A DNA stretch of 64,000 bases from an uncultured Acidobacteriota bacterium (GTDB lineage: Bacteria > Acidobacteriota > Thermoanaerobaculia > UBA5066 > Gp7-AA6): assembly GCA_963723535.1 (NCBI GenBank), contig CAVRRE010000008.1, positions 49,047-113,046 of the forward strand. The letters are read 5' to 3'. Both the position numbers and the translations under genes were made by a program. Below are positions 50,541 through 59,731 of this stretch, in pieces. Numbering within the stretch: the stretch's first letter is position 1; the number at the start of each line of letters is the position of its first letter. The notes beneath the pieces were generated by a model. The model was not told where the DNA came from, searched no databases, and worked only from the letters and a program-made list of their open reading frames with translations.

Positions 50541-50606
50541 GTCGACAGCTCACAGTCGGCAGTCGACAGCGCGCTCCTGTCAACTGTTGACTGTCGACTG
50601 TCGACC
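50541..50606. terminator. imperfect hairpin built from inverted GTCGACAG octamer repeats, between convergent genes
   Basis: Left arm is GTCGACAG..CACAGTCGGCA GTCGACAG, the loop is CGCGCTC, and the right arm is CTGTCAAC TGTTGA CTGTCGA CTGTCGAC. The stop of the minus-strand UDG gene lies inside the right arm. Confidence 0.4.
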
Positions 50607-51300
50607 GCTCTCGGCCACCCTCACCGCCTTCCTCAACACGTCCCGCAGCATCCCCTGCGTCAGCTTCCCGGTGAACGTGTTCTGCTGGCTCGGGTGGTAG
50701 CTCGCGAGCAGCCGGTCCTGCCCGATGCGATGGTCGGCTCCGTGCGCGAAGCGCGGTCTCGGCCTCGGCAGCGGCGCGCCCTCCTCCGCGAGCGCGGCGA
50801 GGCAGGCCGAGAAGGCGAGCGCCCCGAGCGCCAGGAGGACTCGCGGCCGCGGGAGGACGGACAGCTCCCGGCGCGATGTACTCGCGGCAGTTTTCGAGCT
50901 CCTCGGGCAGGGGTCTGTTGGCCGGCGGCGCGCACCGGCAGGCCGCCGTCACGAGCGCGCCGGAAAGCCTCAGGCCGTCGTCTCGGTGGATGGACTGCGG
51001 CTGGTTGGCGAGCCCGACGGCGTGGAGTGCCTCGAAGAGAAACTTGCCGGATTCGTCGCCGGTGAAGATTCGCCCCGTGCGATTGCCGCCGTGCGCGGCC
51101 GGCGCGAGGCCGACGAGGAGGATGCGGGCCCGGGGATCCCCGAACGCCGGAAGGGGCTTCGCCCAGTAGTCCTGTCCGACGAAGCGCCTGGGCGGATGGC
51201 GCGCGGATTCCTCGCGCCAGCGCACCAGCCGTGGACAGCGCCGGCAGGCCACGACGTCCCGTTCGATCGAGGCGAGGCTCGGATCGCGACGCGCTCTCAA
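50580..51300 (-). CDS. uracil-DNA glycosylase (family 4/5, Fe-S type); apparent frameshift near 50870
   Basis: ..CRRCPRLV.., ..[23 protein letters not shown]... After the frame change come ..[18 protein letters not shown]... Confidence 0.8.
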
Positions 51301-51385
51301 GGGCTCCTCTGAAAGACGAGAACGGCCTTCGGGCGCAGCAGCCGCGCTCCAGCCCGGGGGATCCGAGTGTCCGCCGCGTCGGGTT

Positions 51386-51849
51386 TCAATCGCGGCGGTA
51401 GGTCCCGGTCAGCTTCGCCTCGGCGAGCACGTGGCCCTTCATCGCCGCCTCGACTTCGCCGCGGCCGGCGCCCGCCGGAAGCCCGAGCTTCGCATCGAGC
51501 GCGAAGAGCCGGAACTCGTAGTGGTGCACGCCGTGGCCACGCGGTGGGGCGGGTCCGCCCCACCCGAGCTCGCCGAAGTCGTTCTTCCCGTGCGAGCCGC
51601 CGGTGGCGTGGCGCCCCGCCTTCGCGACGCTCGAGGGAAGGCTCGACGACGGAGGCCGGAACGTCGAACAGGATCCAGTGCAGCCAGCGCGCCGCGGGGC
51701 GCGTCGGGGTCGTCGCAAATGAGAGCGAAGCTTTCGGTGCCCTTCGGCGCATCGGACCAGGCGAGGGCGGGGTGCGAATCGGCCCCATCCCGGGAGTGCT
51801 CCCTCGGGATCGGTTCGCCATCACGAAACGACGCGCTCTCCAGGCGCAC
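51386..51849 (-). CDS. YbhB/YbcL-family PEBP (Raf-kinase-inhibitor-like) protein; two frame changes (~51695, ~51650)
   Basis: ..FALICDDPDAP.. / ..WLHWILFDVPA.. / ..GKNDFGELGWGGPAPPRGHGVHHYEFRLFALD.. lie in three different frames. Confidence 0.75.
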
Positions 51850-51854
51850 GGGCT

Positions 51855-52034
51855 TTACTTCTTGGCGGGCAGGCCCTTTGGAACGCCCATCTCACGCCAA
51901 CGCTTCTTCTTCTCCTCCCAGTCCTTCTCGGCGCGCTTGCGGTTCCTGGCCGCGGCCGCGGCCCGGGCATCGTCGCCGGTCTCGGCAGCCGGGGGAGGAG
52001 TCTCGGCTTCCTTCGTTTCCGTCACGGCCGCCAT
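51855..52034 (-). CDS. possible small Lys/Glu-rich protein
   Basis: 59-aa segment MAAVTETKEAETPPP...KRAEKDWEEKKKRWREMGVPKGLPAKK*. Its composition is unlike the GC-shadow ORFs, but no homology is recognised. Confidence 0.3.
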   Translation of the reverse strand: MAAVTETKEAETPPPAAETGDDARAAAAARNRKRAEKDWEEKKKRWREMGVPKGLPAKK

Positions 52035-52051
52035 CTTAACGCCGACCCGGC

Positions 52052-53152
52052 CTACTCGATGAGCAGCAGCCCGATCATCCCGGCGTGCTGCTCGGGATCT
52101 CCGCCGCAGTCGCTCCGGGTGCAGACGAACGGATAGCTGCCGCGCTGCCAGGCCTCCGGCGTGAAAGAGGGAATGACGAAGTCGTGCCCCGGCGAGATGT
52201 CGTCGGTCGGCCGAAGCCCGAGTTCGGAGACGCCCGAGAAGCCGTGCCGCGCGCCGGGCGTGCCGGGCAGATCGGCGTTGCGGAAGATGAGCGTGTAGGT
52301 CGTGCCGACTCGAAGCGTGAGCGGCGGCGAGACCGGGCCGCCGGGCGAGAAGTCCCAGGCGCGAACCGAGATCACGACGGTCTGCGGGCCGGTCGGCGCC
52401 GGAGGCGAGGCGTCCGCGGCCCCGACCACGAAGATGGGATCGCTGGTCGCGTCGTCGATGACGGCGGCATAGGAATACAGCGGCGCGGCGGCGCCGCTCT
52501 CGACGACCACGACTCCGTTCCCCGTCGAGAGCGCCGCGACGCCCGCGCGCCCGAAGACGTCGTTGATCTGGGCGCCCGACCGCGCCGGCAGCGGCGCGTC
52601 CAGCCGCACCGTTCCGAGCAGCGCGGCGCCGTCGTAGAGGCGGAAGGTCGGGTCGGCGTCCGAGGGTCCCGGGTTGTAGACGCCGACATTCGTCCGGAAG
52701 CCGCCGTTGCGCAGAGACGTCAGCACGGACACCGGGTGCGCCGCGGAGGCGGGGAGCCCGGGCACGAACATGCCGACGGTCGGCACGGGCGCGGTCGAGT
52801 AGAGCCGGCTCGTCACCACGAGGGCGCCCTCGGCGCCGCCATGGGAGAACTCGACCGATCCGGCCGAGTCGGGCGAGTCGAAGAGCGAGACGCAGATGTC
52901 GTCGAAGGCCCGCGACTCCCGCGGCCCGAGGGTGAAGCTCCGCGGAGCGCTCGAGCAGGTTCCGATGAAGCATCGATATTCGGCCGTGACCTCGAGCGAG
53001 GCGGTGTAGGAGGAGTTGAACGCCCGGACGTCCGAGAAGAAGGGCGACGCGCCGACGACCGACGCGGCTGCCGGCAGCGTGACGGTCTCGGCGAAGAACG
53101 TCGCGGCCGTCGCGAACGGCAGCACGAAAGCGAGGAGCGCGAAGCGCCGCAT
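52052..53152 (-). CDS. secreted fusion: uncharacterised beta-rich module + C-terminal cupredoxin-like domain
   Basis: GGGGAGG RBS before ATG 53152 and a signal peptide. The N-terminal module (LPAAASVVGASPFFSDVRAFN...FRTNVGVYNPG...YSYAAVIDDATSDP) is homologous to the DUF4394 protein C-terminus. The C-terminal ~110 aa carry the pattern H...C-x4-C-x6-H-x2-M. Confidence 0.6.
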   Translation of the reverse strand: MRRFALLAFVLPFATAATFFAETVTLPAAASVVGASPFFSDVRAFNSSYTASLEVTAEYRCFIGTCSSAPRSFTLGPRESRAFDDICVSLFDSPDSAGSVEFSHGGAEGALVVTSRLYSTAPVPTVGMFVPGLPASAAHPVSVLTSLRNGGFRTNVGVYNPGPSDADPTFRLYDGAALLGTVRLDAPLPARSGAQINDVFGRAGVAALSTGNGVVVVESGAAAPLYSYAAVIDDATSDPIFVVGAADASPPAPTGPQTVVISVRAWDFSPGGPVSPPLTLRVGTTYTLIFRNADLPGTPGARHGFSGVSELGLRPTDDISPGHDFVIPSFTPEAWQRGSYPFVCTRSDCGGDPEQHAGMIGLLLIE

Positions 53153-53320
53153 GAAGGGCCTCCCCTGCATCCGACGAGCGGGGCGGGGGTTCGTTTACGG
53201 CGGCGACACGAGGACGACGCCCCGCATCTGGTCGGAATGGGGATCCGTGAAGACCGGAAAAAGAAGGCCGCCCTCGCGGGCGGCCACAGGGGAACGGAAA
53301 GCGGGGAACCGAGGCGACGC

Positions 53321-54477
53321 TTACGGATTCACGATGACGGTGCCCGTCATGGCCTGTCCGTGCGGTATGCAGAAGTACGGGAAGGTTCCCTGCGAGTTGA
53401 ACGTGTGCTCGAAGCTGCCGGTGATCTGGATGCCCGAGTTCCAGGTGCCGTCGCCGGACAGCAGGGGCCGGAAGTCGACGAGTGCGGCATGCCCCCGGCC
53501 CACTCCCAGCGGATCGTGTCGCCGACCTGGATCGTGGACGTGCTGTTGGCTGTCCGCGTCGCGGAAGGTCAATGTGCCCCCCGGGCCGACGGCGACGACC
53601 GCGTGACGCCCGCCGGCGGCGTGGCGTGGCGTGGCGGTCGGCGCGGCGGTCGGGTCGGCGTGGCGGTCGGCGGCGCCGTCGGTCGGCGTCGCCGTCGGAC
53701 CGCTGGGCGTGGTGGCCTGGAACGGCTCGTCCTCCGCTCCCTGCACGAAGATCGGATCCTGCGTGTGGTTGTCGATGACCGCGGCGTAGGAGAAGACCGA
53801 GTGCGAGGCCGAGACGACGATGGCGGCGTTATCGGTCGACGTGGTCGCCCTGGCCGGCCGCGATGAAGATCCCGTTGACCTGGCCTCCCGAGTGCCCAGG
53901 CACGTTGATCGTCACATCGTTGCCGATCTGCGCGCCCCCCTCGATGATCCGGAAGGTCACGTCGACAGCCGAATCCTCGCGGTTGAAGACGCCGACGTTC
54001 GTGCGGAAGCTCGGGCCGGCTCCCCCGTTTCGGATGGAGGTCAGCACCGTCGTCTCGTGCGCCTCGTCGTTCCGCACGCCGGGGATGAACATCCCGACGG
54101 TCGGTTCGGGCTCGGTCGAGTAGAGGCGGCTCGTCACGACGAGCTGGTCGCCGCCGCCCGACTGCTCGAACTCGATGCCGCCCGCCGTGTTCGGCGCCTG
54201 GAAGGTCTGGCGCGACCATGTCGTTGAAGGCCATCGACTGGCGCGGAGCCGAGCGTGAACTGGAATTCCGGCGTGCCGACCGCCGTGCAGGTCAGAGAAG
54301 CAGCGGTAGCGTGCCGTCACGTCCAGCGCGTCCGTATACGACGTGTTGAAGGCCCGGACGTCCGAGAAGAACGGCGCTCCGCCCACGATCGACGCCGCCG
54401 CCGGAAGGGTCAAATCCTCGGCGCCCAGAGTCGCGGCCGCCGAGAGCACGATCGAAAGACACCAAAAGCTTGCGCAT
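53321..54477 (-). pseudogene. paralog of 52052..53152 (beta-rich module + Pro/Thr linker + type-1-copper cupredoxin) disrupted by at least 7 frame changes
   Basis: Pieces occur in all three frames: MRKLLVS / LSIVLSAAATLGAEDLTLPAAASIVGGAPFFSDVRAFN / CTAVGTPEFQFTLGS / SMAFNDMVA / ..LVVTSRLYSTEPEPTVGMF..FRTNVGVFN.. / TTSTDNAAIVVSASHSVFSYAAVIDNHTQDP / TANSTSTIQVGDTIRWEW / DGTWNSG..FPYFCIPHGQAMTGTVIVNP*. Confidence 0.55.
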
Positions 54478-54581
54478 AGACACCTCGCTCCCTTACGTCC
54501 TCGCAGGCTAGTCGCAGCCGCCCGCTCCGTCCTCCGATTTAAGAAGCCTTCAGGATGCCGCACGTATAATCCTCAGCCATC

Positions 54582-55797
54582 GTGACTTCCTCGACTTCCG
54601 CGATGGAACGCCTGCGCCGCGGGTCGGTCGACCTGATCGACGAGGCCGACCTCGCTCGGAAGCTCGCCCGGGGGCCCCTGACCGTCAAGGTCGGGTTCGA
54701 CCCCTCGGCGCCCGACATCCATCTCGGGCACACCGTCGTCCTGCGAAAAATGCGCCACTTCCAGGACGGGGGCCACCGGGTCGTGTTCGTCATCGGCGAC
54801 TTCACCGGGGCGATCGGCGATCCCTCCGGCAAGAAAACGACCCGGCCGCAGCTTTCCCGGGAGGAGATCGAGGAGAACGCCCGGACCTACACGAAGCAGG
54901 CCTTCAAGATCCTCGACGCCGAAAAGACGGTCATCGAGTTCAACTCGAAGTGGCTGAACGCGCTCGGCGCCGCCGGCCTCGTTCGCCTCGCGGCGAAGGT
55001 CACGGTCGCGCGGATCCTGGAGCGCGACGACTTCCAGAAGCGGTGGCAGGCGAAGCAGCCCATCGCCCTCCACGAGCTCCTCTATCCGCTGGCGCAGGGC
55101 TACGACTCGGTCGCGCTCAAGGCCGACGTCGAGCTGGGCGGCACGGATCAGCTCTTCAATCTGCTCGTCGGCCGCGACCTCATGCGTGCGGAGGGCCTCG
55201 AGCCCCAGGTGGTCATGACGCTGCCGCTTCTCGTCGGCATCGACGGTGTCGAGAAGATGTCGAAGTCGCTCGGGAACGCCATCGGCGTGCTCGACCCGCC
55301 GGGCGACATGTACGGGAGGGTCATGTCCATCCCGGACTCGCTTCTCTGGAGCTGGTACGAGCTTCTCACCGACGTGCCCGCCTCCGAGCTCGCCGCCCGC
55401 CGCCGGAGCATCGAGGGCGGCGCGAACCCGCGCGACGCCAAGGCGGATCTCGCGGCCCGGATCGTCGAGCGACTTTCACGGCGAAGAGGCCGCGGCACGC
55501 GCCGCCGAGGACTTCCGCCGGGCGTTCTCGCGCGGAGAAGTGCCCGATGACGTCGAGTCGAAGCGACTGCCCGCCGCCGGCGGCGGTCCCGCCGCGAAGA
55601 CACTCGTCGAGGCCGGTCTCGCGGCCTCGATGCGCGAGGCGCGGAGAAAGATCGACGAGGGCGCGCTGAAGGTCTACGCCGACGGGGCCGGAGAGCCGCG
55701 GGAGGTCCGCGATCCCGAGGAGAAGCTGGCCGGCGCGCCGGGCGGAGCCGTCGTGCTCCGCCTGGGCCGGCGCTTCATCCGCGTGGTCTGGGAGTAA
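54582..55797 (+). CDS. tyrS: tyrosine--tRNA ligase (type 2); apparent frameshift near 55472
   Basis: HIGH (PDIHLGH) and KMSKS motifs. The C-terminal S4-like domain (..[14 protein letters not shown]...GALKVY..) is in the +1 frame. Confidence 0.9.
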
Positions 55798-56293
55798 ACG
55801 GCAGGCGGTCCCCGAGGTGCTCGTCCTCGGAGGCGTCGGACGCGGACGCGCCCTTCGGACGCCGGGGCCGGCAGGACCGGCAGATCCCCCGCATCTGGTG
55901 CGTGTGGGAGAGCAGGACGAAGCCGTAGCGCTCGGCCACCTCGTCCTGGAGCTCCTCGATGCGGTCCTCGCGGAACTCGATGACGCGGCCGCAGTGGTCG
56001 CAGATCAGGTGGTCGTGGTGGTCCCCGGCGCGGAGCCGCTCGTAGCGGTACCCCGCTTCGCCGATCCGCACCCGGCCGACGATGCCGGCGTCGACCATGA
56101 GCTCGAGCGTCCGGTAGATGGTCGCCCGCGAGATTTTCTTGTGCTTGGCGCGAAGCCGCATGTGCAGCTCGTCCGCCTCGACGTGCTCGTGCCGGCTGAA
56201 GAGCTCGTCGAAGAGGGCCTGCCGCTCGGCCGTCAGCTTGAGGCTCCGCCGTTCCAGATACTTGCGGAAGATCGTGTGCTCGCGCTTTTCCAT
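55775..56293 (-). CDS. fur: Fur-family metalloregulator
   Basis: ..ISRATIYRTLELMVDAGIV.. HTH and the H-H-D-H-L-I-C..C metal sites (DHHDHLICDHCG...CRSC). Confidence 0.85.
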   Translation of the reverse strand: MEKREHTIFRKYLERRSLKLTAERQALFDELFSRHEHVEADELHMRLRAKHKKISRATIYRTLELMVDAGIVGRVRIGEAGYRYERLRAGDHHDHLICDHCGRVIEFREDRIEELQDEVAERYGFVLLSHTHQMRGICRSCRPRRPKGASASDASEDEHLGDRLPFTPRPRG

Positions 56294-56294
56294 G

Positions 56295-56325
56295 TGATTG
56301 CGACTCGGTCTCAATTGCGATACTG
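56295..56325. promoter_or_regulatory. candidate operator: direct repeat ATTGCGA-N9-ATTGCGA in the fur / FTR1 divergent intergenic region
   Basis: GATTGCGA at 56297-56304 and AATTGCGA at 56313-56320. This is AT-richer than the surroundings. The resemblance to a Fur box is loose. Confidence 0.3.
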
Positions 56326-56369
56326 TGCCGGTTCTCCGGCCGTGTCAAGCCGGGATGGGGAGGCCGTCG

Positions 56370-57212
56370 ATGTGGCAGGGGTTCACGATCGCGCTGCGGG
56401 AGGGGATCGAGGCGTTTCTGATCGTGGCCCTGACCCTGTCCTACCTCGCCCGCACCGGCCGGAAGGGGCTCTCCCGGGCCGTCTACGCGGGGATCGCGGT
56501 CTCGACCCTCACCTGCGCGGCGGCGGGCTGGCTCTTCTCGAAGGCCGTCAACCAGCCGCTGTGGGAGGGCATCCTCGCGCTGACGGCGGCGGCGCTCGTC
56601 GGAAGCCTGCTCGTGTACATGAAGCGAGTCTCGGGCCGCCTCAAGTCGGACATCGAGGGCCGCCTCGAGGCGCGCGCGAGCGCCGGCACCCCCGCTCGGG
56701 CGTTCTGGGGCGTCTTCGCGTTCACGCTGCTGATGATCACGCGCGAAGGCATGGAGACGGCTCTCCTCGTCTCGACCGCGCTCTTCCAGCTGCGCTCCTC
56801 GGCGGTCTTCGTCGGGCTCCTTCTCGGGCTCGTTTCGGCCGCCGCCATCGGCTTTCTCTGGACGAAGCTCGGCAAGGGCGTCGACCTGAAGACGCTCCTG
56901 AACGTTTCGGCCGTCTTTCTCGCCATCTTCCTCATCCAGCTGGTGCTCTACGGCATCCACGAGCTCTCGGAGGCGCGTCTCTTCCCCGCTTCCCAGGCGA
57001 TCCACGACGCGACGGAGATTCTCGGGCCCGAGGGCAAGATCGGCCAGCTTCTGGCCTACGCGCTCGCCGTCATCCCGACCGTCTGGCTGTTGGGCACGTG
57101 GTGGAAGCGCCGGCGCGCGGCCTCGCATCGAGGCGGGCGCCGCTCGCACGCACGCAGCCTAGGCTTCAGGAGCCGGGCGTCGGGGAAGGAGTCGGCTTCG
57201 CGCCGGGCGTGA
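56370..57212 (+). CDS. FTR1/EfeU-family high-affinity iron permease
   Basis: REGIE motif (ALREGIEAFL) and a second REGME-like motif (TREGMETAL), with 7 TM segments. Confidence 0.8.
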   Translation: MWQGFTIALREGIEAFLIVALTLSYLARTGRKGLSRAVYAGIAVSTLTCAAAGWLFSKAVNQPLWEGILALTAAALVGSLLVYMKRVSGRLKSDIEGRLEARASAGTPARAFWGVFAFTLLMITREGMETALLVSTALFQLRSSAVFVGLLLGLVSAAAIGFLWTKLGKGVDLKTLLNVSAVFLAIFLIQLVLYGIHELSEARLFPASQAIHDATEILGPEGKIGQLLAYALAVIPTVWLLGTWWKRRRAASHRGGRRSHARSLGFRSRASGKESASRRA

Positions 57213-57939
57213 TCGGACGCCGGCCGGACTGGAGCATCGCTTCGATGACGGCCGAGGAGACGCCGGCCCCCCGCAGCTTCTGAATCTCCTCGAGGCTCAT
57301 CGAGTAGATCTTCTTCTCGGCGGCGATCTTCTCGAGGAGCTTTTCGTCCGAGGCTCCGGTCTGCTTCATGCGGAGGATCTCGACGTAGGGCTTCTCGGAT
57401 GCCGCAGGCGTCCCGAAATAGGACTGGTCCGGGACGACGACGGCCGGCCGGGGCGCCGTGACCGCCGGCGTCGGCGTGACAGGGAGGATCTCGCGAAGAT
57501 ACCCGGCAGGGTGCGCCTTGTCGCCGCAGCCTTCGCCGCCCGGAGCGTGCGTGAAGCGGATCAGATCCGGCCCCTCGGGCGTCTCGACGTACTCGCCCCG
57601 AAGCTCCACCTTGTCGCTGACGGCGAGGGAGAGCTCACCGCCGCCGCACGATGGGTCGTAGACGACACGGACCAGCCCCGTCATGTCGACGGCGGTGCCG
57701 CGATCGGCGCCCGGCGGCTGAGCGGGGGCCAGAACGTAGGAGCTGAGCTCGACCTCGAGCTCGAGGAGCTTGCGGCCGTCCTTCGGCACGGTCCGGGGCG
57801 CCGTCATGACCTGCGCCCGCGCATCGATCTCGACGAAACGTTGCTTCGCGGGAGGCTTCGACGTCTGCCCGGCCAGCGCGGCGGACATGCAGACGCAGGC
57901 GAGCCCTCCGGCGAGTCCCTTCGAGCGCATGGCCCGCAT
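57166..57939 (-). CDS. secreted hypothetical protein
   Basis: Signal peptide (MRAMRSKGLAGGLACVCMSAALAGQ). Protein-like composition, with a helical C-terminal segment (..EKLLEKIAAEKKIYSMSLEEIQKLRGAGVS..). No family recognised. Confidence 0.45.
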   Translation of the reverse strand: MRAMRSKGLAGGLACVCMSAALAGQTSKPPAKQRFVEIDARAQVMTAPRTVPKDGRKLLELEVELSSYVLAPAQPPGADRGTAVDMTGLVRVVYDPSCGGGELSLAVSDKVELRGEYVETPEGPDLIRFTHAPGGEGCGDKAHPAGYLREILPVTPTPAVTAPRPAVVVPDQSYFGTPAASEKPYVEILRMKQTGASDEKLLEKIAAEKKIYSMSLEEIQKLRGAGVSSAVIEAMLQSGRRPITPGAKPTPSPTPGS

Positions 57940-57993
57940 TATGCGGTCGGCCCCTCGACCCTCGCCATACGATTCCCTCCACAAGGAGGCACC

Positions 57994-58792
57994 ATGTCCA
58001 GAACGTTCGTCGCCATCGGAACGAGGGTCTGGATTCCGCTCGCCGCCGCGCTGCTGGCGCGGGATCGCGTCGGCCGAGGGACATTGTCGCTCGAAGCCGC
58101 TCCTCGAGGCCGGCGTGCGCGCCGAAGAACTTCGGCACGAAGGATTACTCGGTCACCGTCGTATCGGGGCTCTCTTTTCCCAGACGTTATCGAACCTTCG
58201 GCTACGAATATCTGGCTTTCGCCGAGCCTCGGCCGCTACTGCGGAAACTGCACCGGAGTCGGTCAGATCTAGGAGCTACTGGGCGGCCCTTGAATCTGCC
58301 GGAAGGAGTCGATGATCGACTACATCGGATTCAACACGACGACGGACACGGACGGCACTCTGCGGCGTCGGGATGTGGCAGCGGAACTACGGCGGGGACA
58401 TGCAGTTTTGCAACCGGCTTTCTCGTGCTCCTGCGCACGGCTGGGAAACGGACTGGGCGGGGCCGCTCGAAATTTGTGATCCCGTGCCAACGTAGGAGCG
58501 GGAATTCGTTCTGCAAGTCGAGCAGGCGGGTCATCCCAACCCCCAGTTCTTCGCGTGGGTCGAGATCTGGTGGCGGCGCACCGTCAGCGACGGCCCCCTT
58601 CTCTGCGACGTTCGCCGACGTCCCGACAGGCCATCCGTTCTTCCAGTTCGTCGAAGCGCTCTACGACTCGGGAATCACGGCGGGCTGCGGCGGAGCCAAC
58701 TACTGTCCGGACAATCCGGTGACGCGGGGACAGATGGCCGTCTTTCTCGCCAAGGCGCTCGGGCTCCACTGGCGGAACTGCTGCCGAACTGA
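57994..58792 (+). pseudogene. degraded gene: signal peptide ... C-terminal SLH-like domain, many frame breaks, A/T-richer than flanks
   Basis: AAGGAGG + ATG 57994 gives MSRTFVAIGTRVWIPLAAALLA. The 3' part encodes FADVPTGHPFFQFVEALYDSGITAGCGGANYCPDNPVTRGQMAVFLAKALGL (SLH-like). The middle contains protein-like fragments in all three frames, separated by stops. Confidence 0.4.
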
Positions 58793-58798
58793 GGCGGG

Positions 58799-59731
58799 CT
58801 ATGTCGCCCGGAGACGTCTCCACCCCGAGCCCTCGTGGCCGAACGCGAAGGTTTCGGGATGGAGGATCTCGGCGAGGATCTCGAGCGTCTCCGCCAGTCG
58901 CGGGCCCGGACGGTTGAAGTACTGGTTGGCTTCGCAGAGGTAGACGCGCCCGGCGCGGACGGCGGACAGACGCTCCCAGCCGGGACGCTCGGTCAGGAGC
59001 CCGATTTCCCTCTCGACGCGCTCGAGCGGGAACCCGCACGGAAAAACCAGGAGGACGTCGGGATCCGCGCTGCGCAGCGCCTCCCATTCGAGCCATCCGG
59101 AGTGCCGTCCGGCCTCGCCGAACAGGTCGACTCCCCCGGCCATCTCGACGAGCTCCGGCATCCAGTTGCCGGCGGCCATGAGCGGCGACAGCCACTCGAT
59201 CGTGGCGACGCGCGGGCGCGGCCGCTCTCGCGACGCCGCCGCGATCGCCGCCATGCGGTCGGTCAGGCGCGCCACCAGCCGCCTTCCGCGCTCGGGCGCG
59301 CCCAGGGCGCCGGCGACGCGCTCGATGTCGGCGAAGACGTCGGCCAGGCTGGCCGGGTTGAGTGGCGTCAGCCGCGGAGGCTCACCGACCCACCCGGAGA
59401 GCGCAGCCTCGACGTCCTCGAGAGAGACGGCGCAGACCTCGCACTGCACCTGGGTCACGACGTGTGTCGGAGCGAGGGACCGCAGCCGCTCGGCATCCAC
59501 GCGGTAGACCGAAAGCGCCTGCGCGAGAAGCGCGCTCACCGAGCGATGAATCTCCTCCGAGCCTCCCGCGGGGTCGACCTTCGGCTCGGTGCAGACCGGC
59601 AGATCGGCGACCTCCTCGGGAAAGTCGCACTCGTGGGATCGGCCGACGAGCGCGTCGGCGAATCCGAGGGCCGCCACGATCTCGGTCGCGGAAGGCAGCA
59701 GCGAGACGACTCTGGGCGGGGACGGGGTCAT
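58799..59731 (-). CDS. BtuF-like cobalamin/siderophore-type binding protein without a recognisable signal peptide
   Basis: MTPSPPRVVSLLPSATEIVAALG..LVGRSHECDFP.. is typical of the cluster-A periplasmic-binding-fold 'cobalamin-binding' family. ATG overlaps the upstream stop (ATGA). Confidence 0.7.
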   Translation of the reverse strand: MTPSPPRVVSLLPSATEIVAALGFADALVGRSHECDFPEEVADLPVCTEPKVDPAGGSEEIHRSVSALLAQALSVYRVDAERLRSLAPTHVVTQVQCEVCAVSLEDVEAALSGWVGEPPRLTPLNPASLADVFADIERVAGALGAPERGRRLVARLTDRMAAIAAASRERPRPRVATIEWLSPLMAAGNWMPELVEMAGGVDLFGEAGRHSGWLEWEALRSADPDVLLVFPCGFPLERVEREIGLLTERPGWERLSAVRAGRVYLCEANQYFNRPGPRLAETLEILAEILHPETFAFGHEGSGWRRLRAT

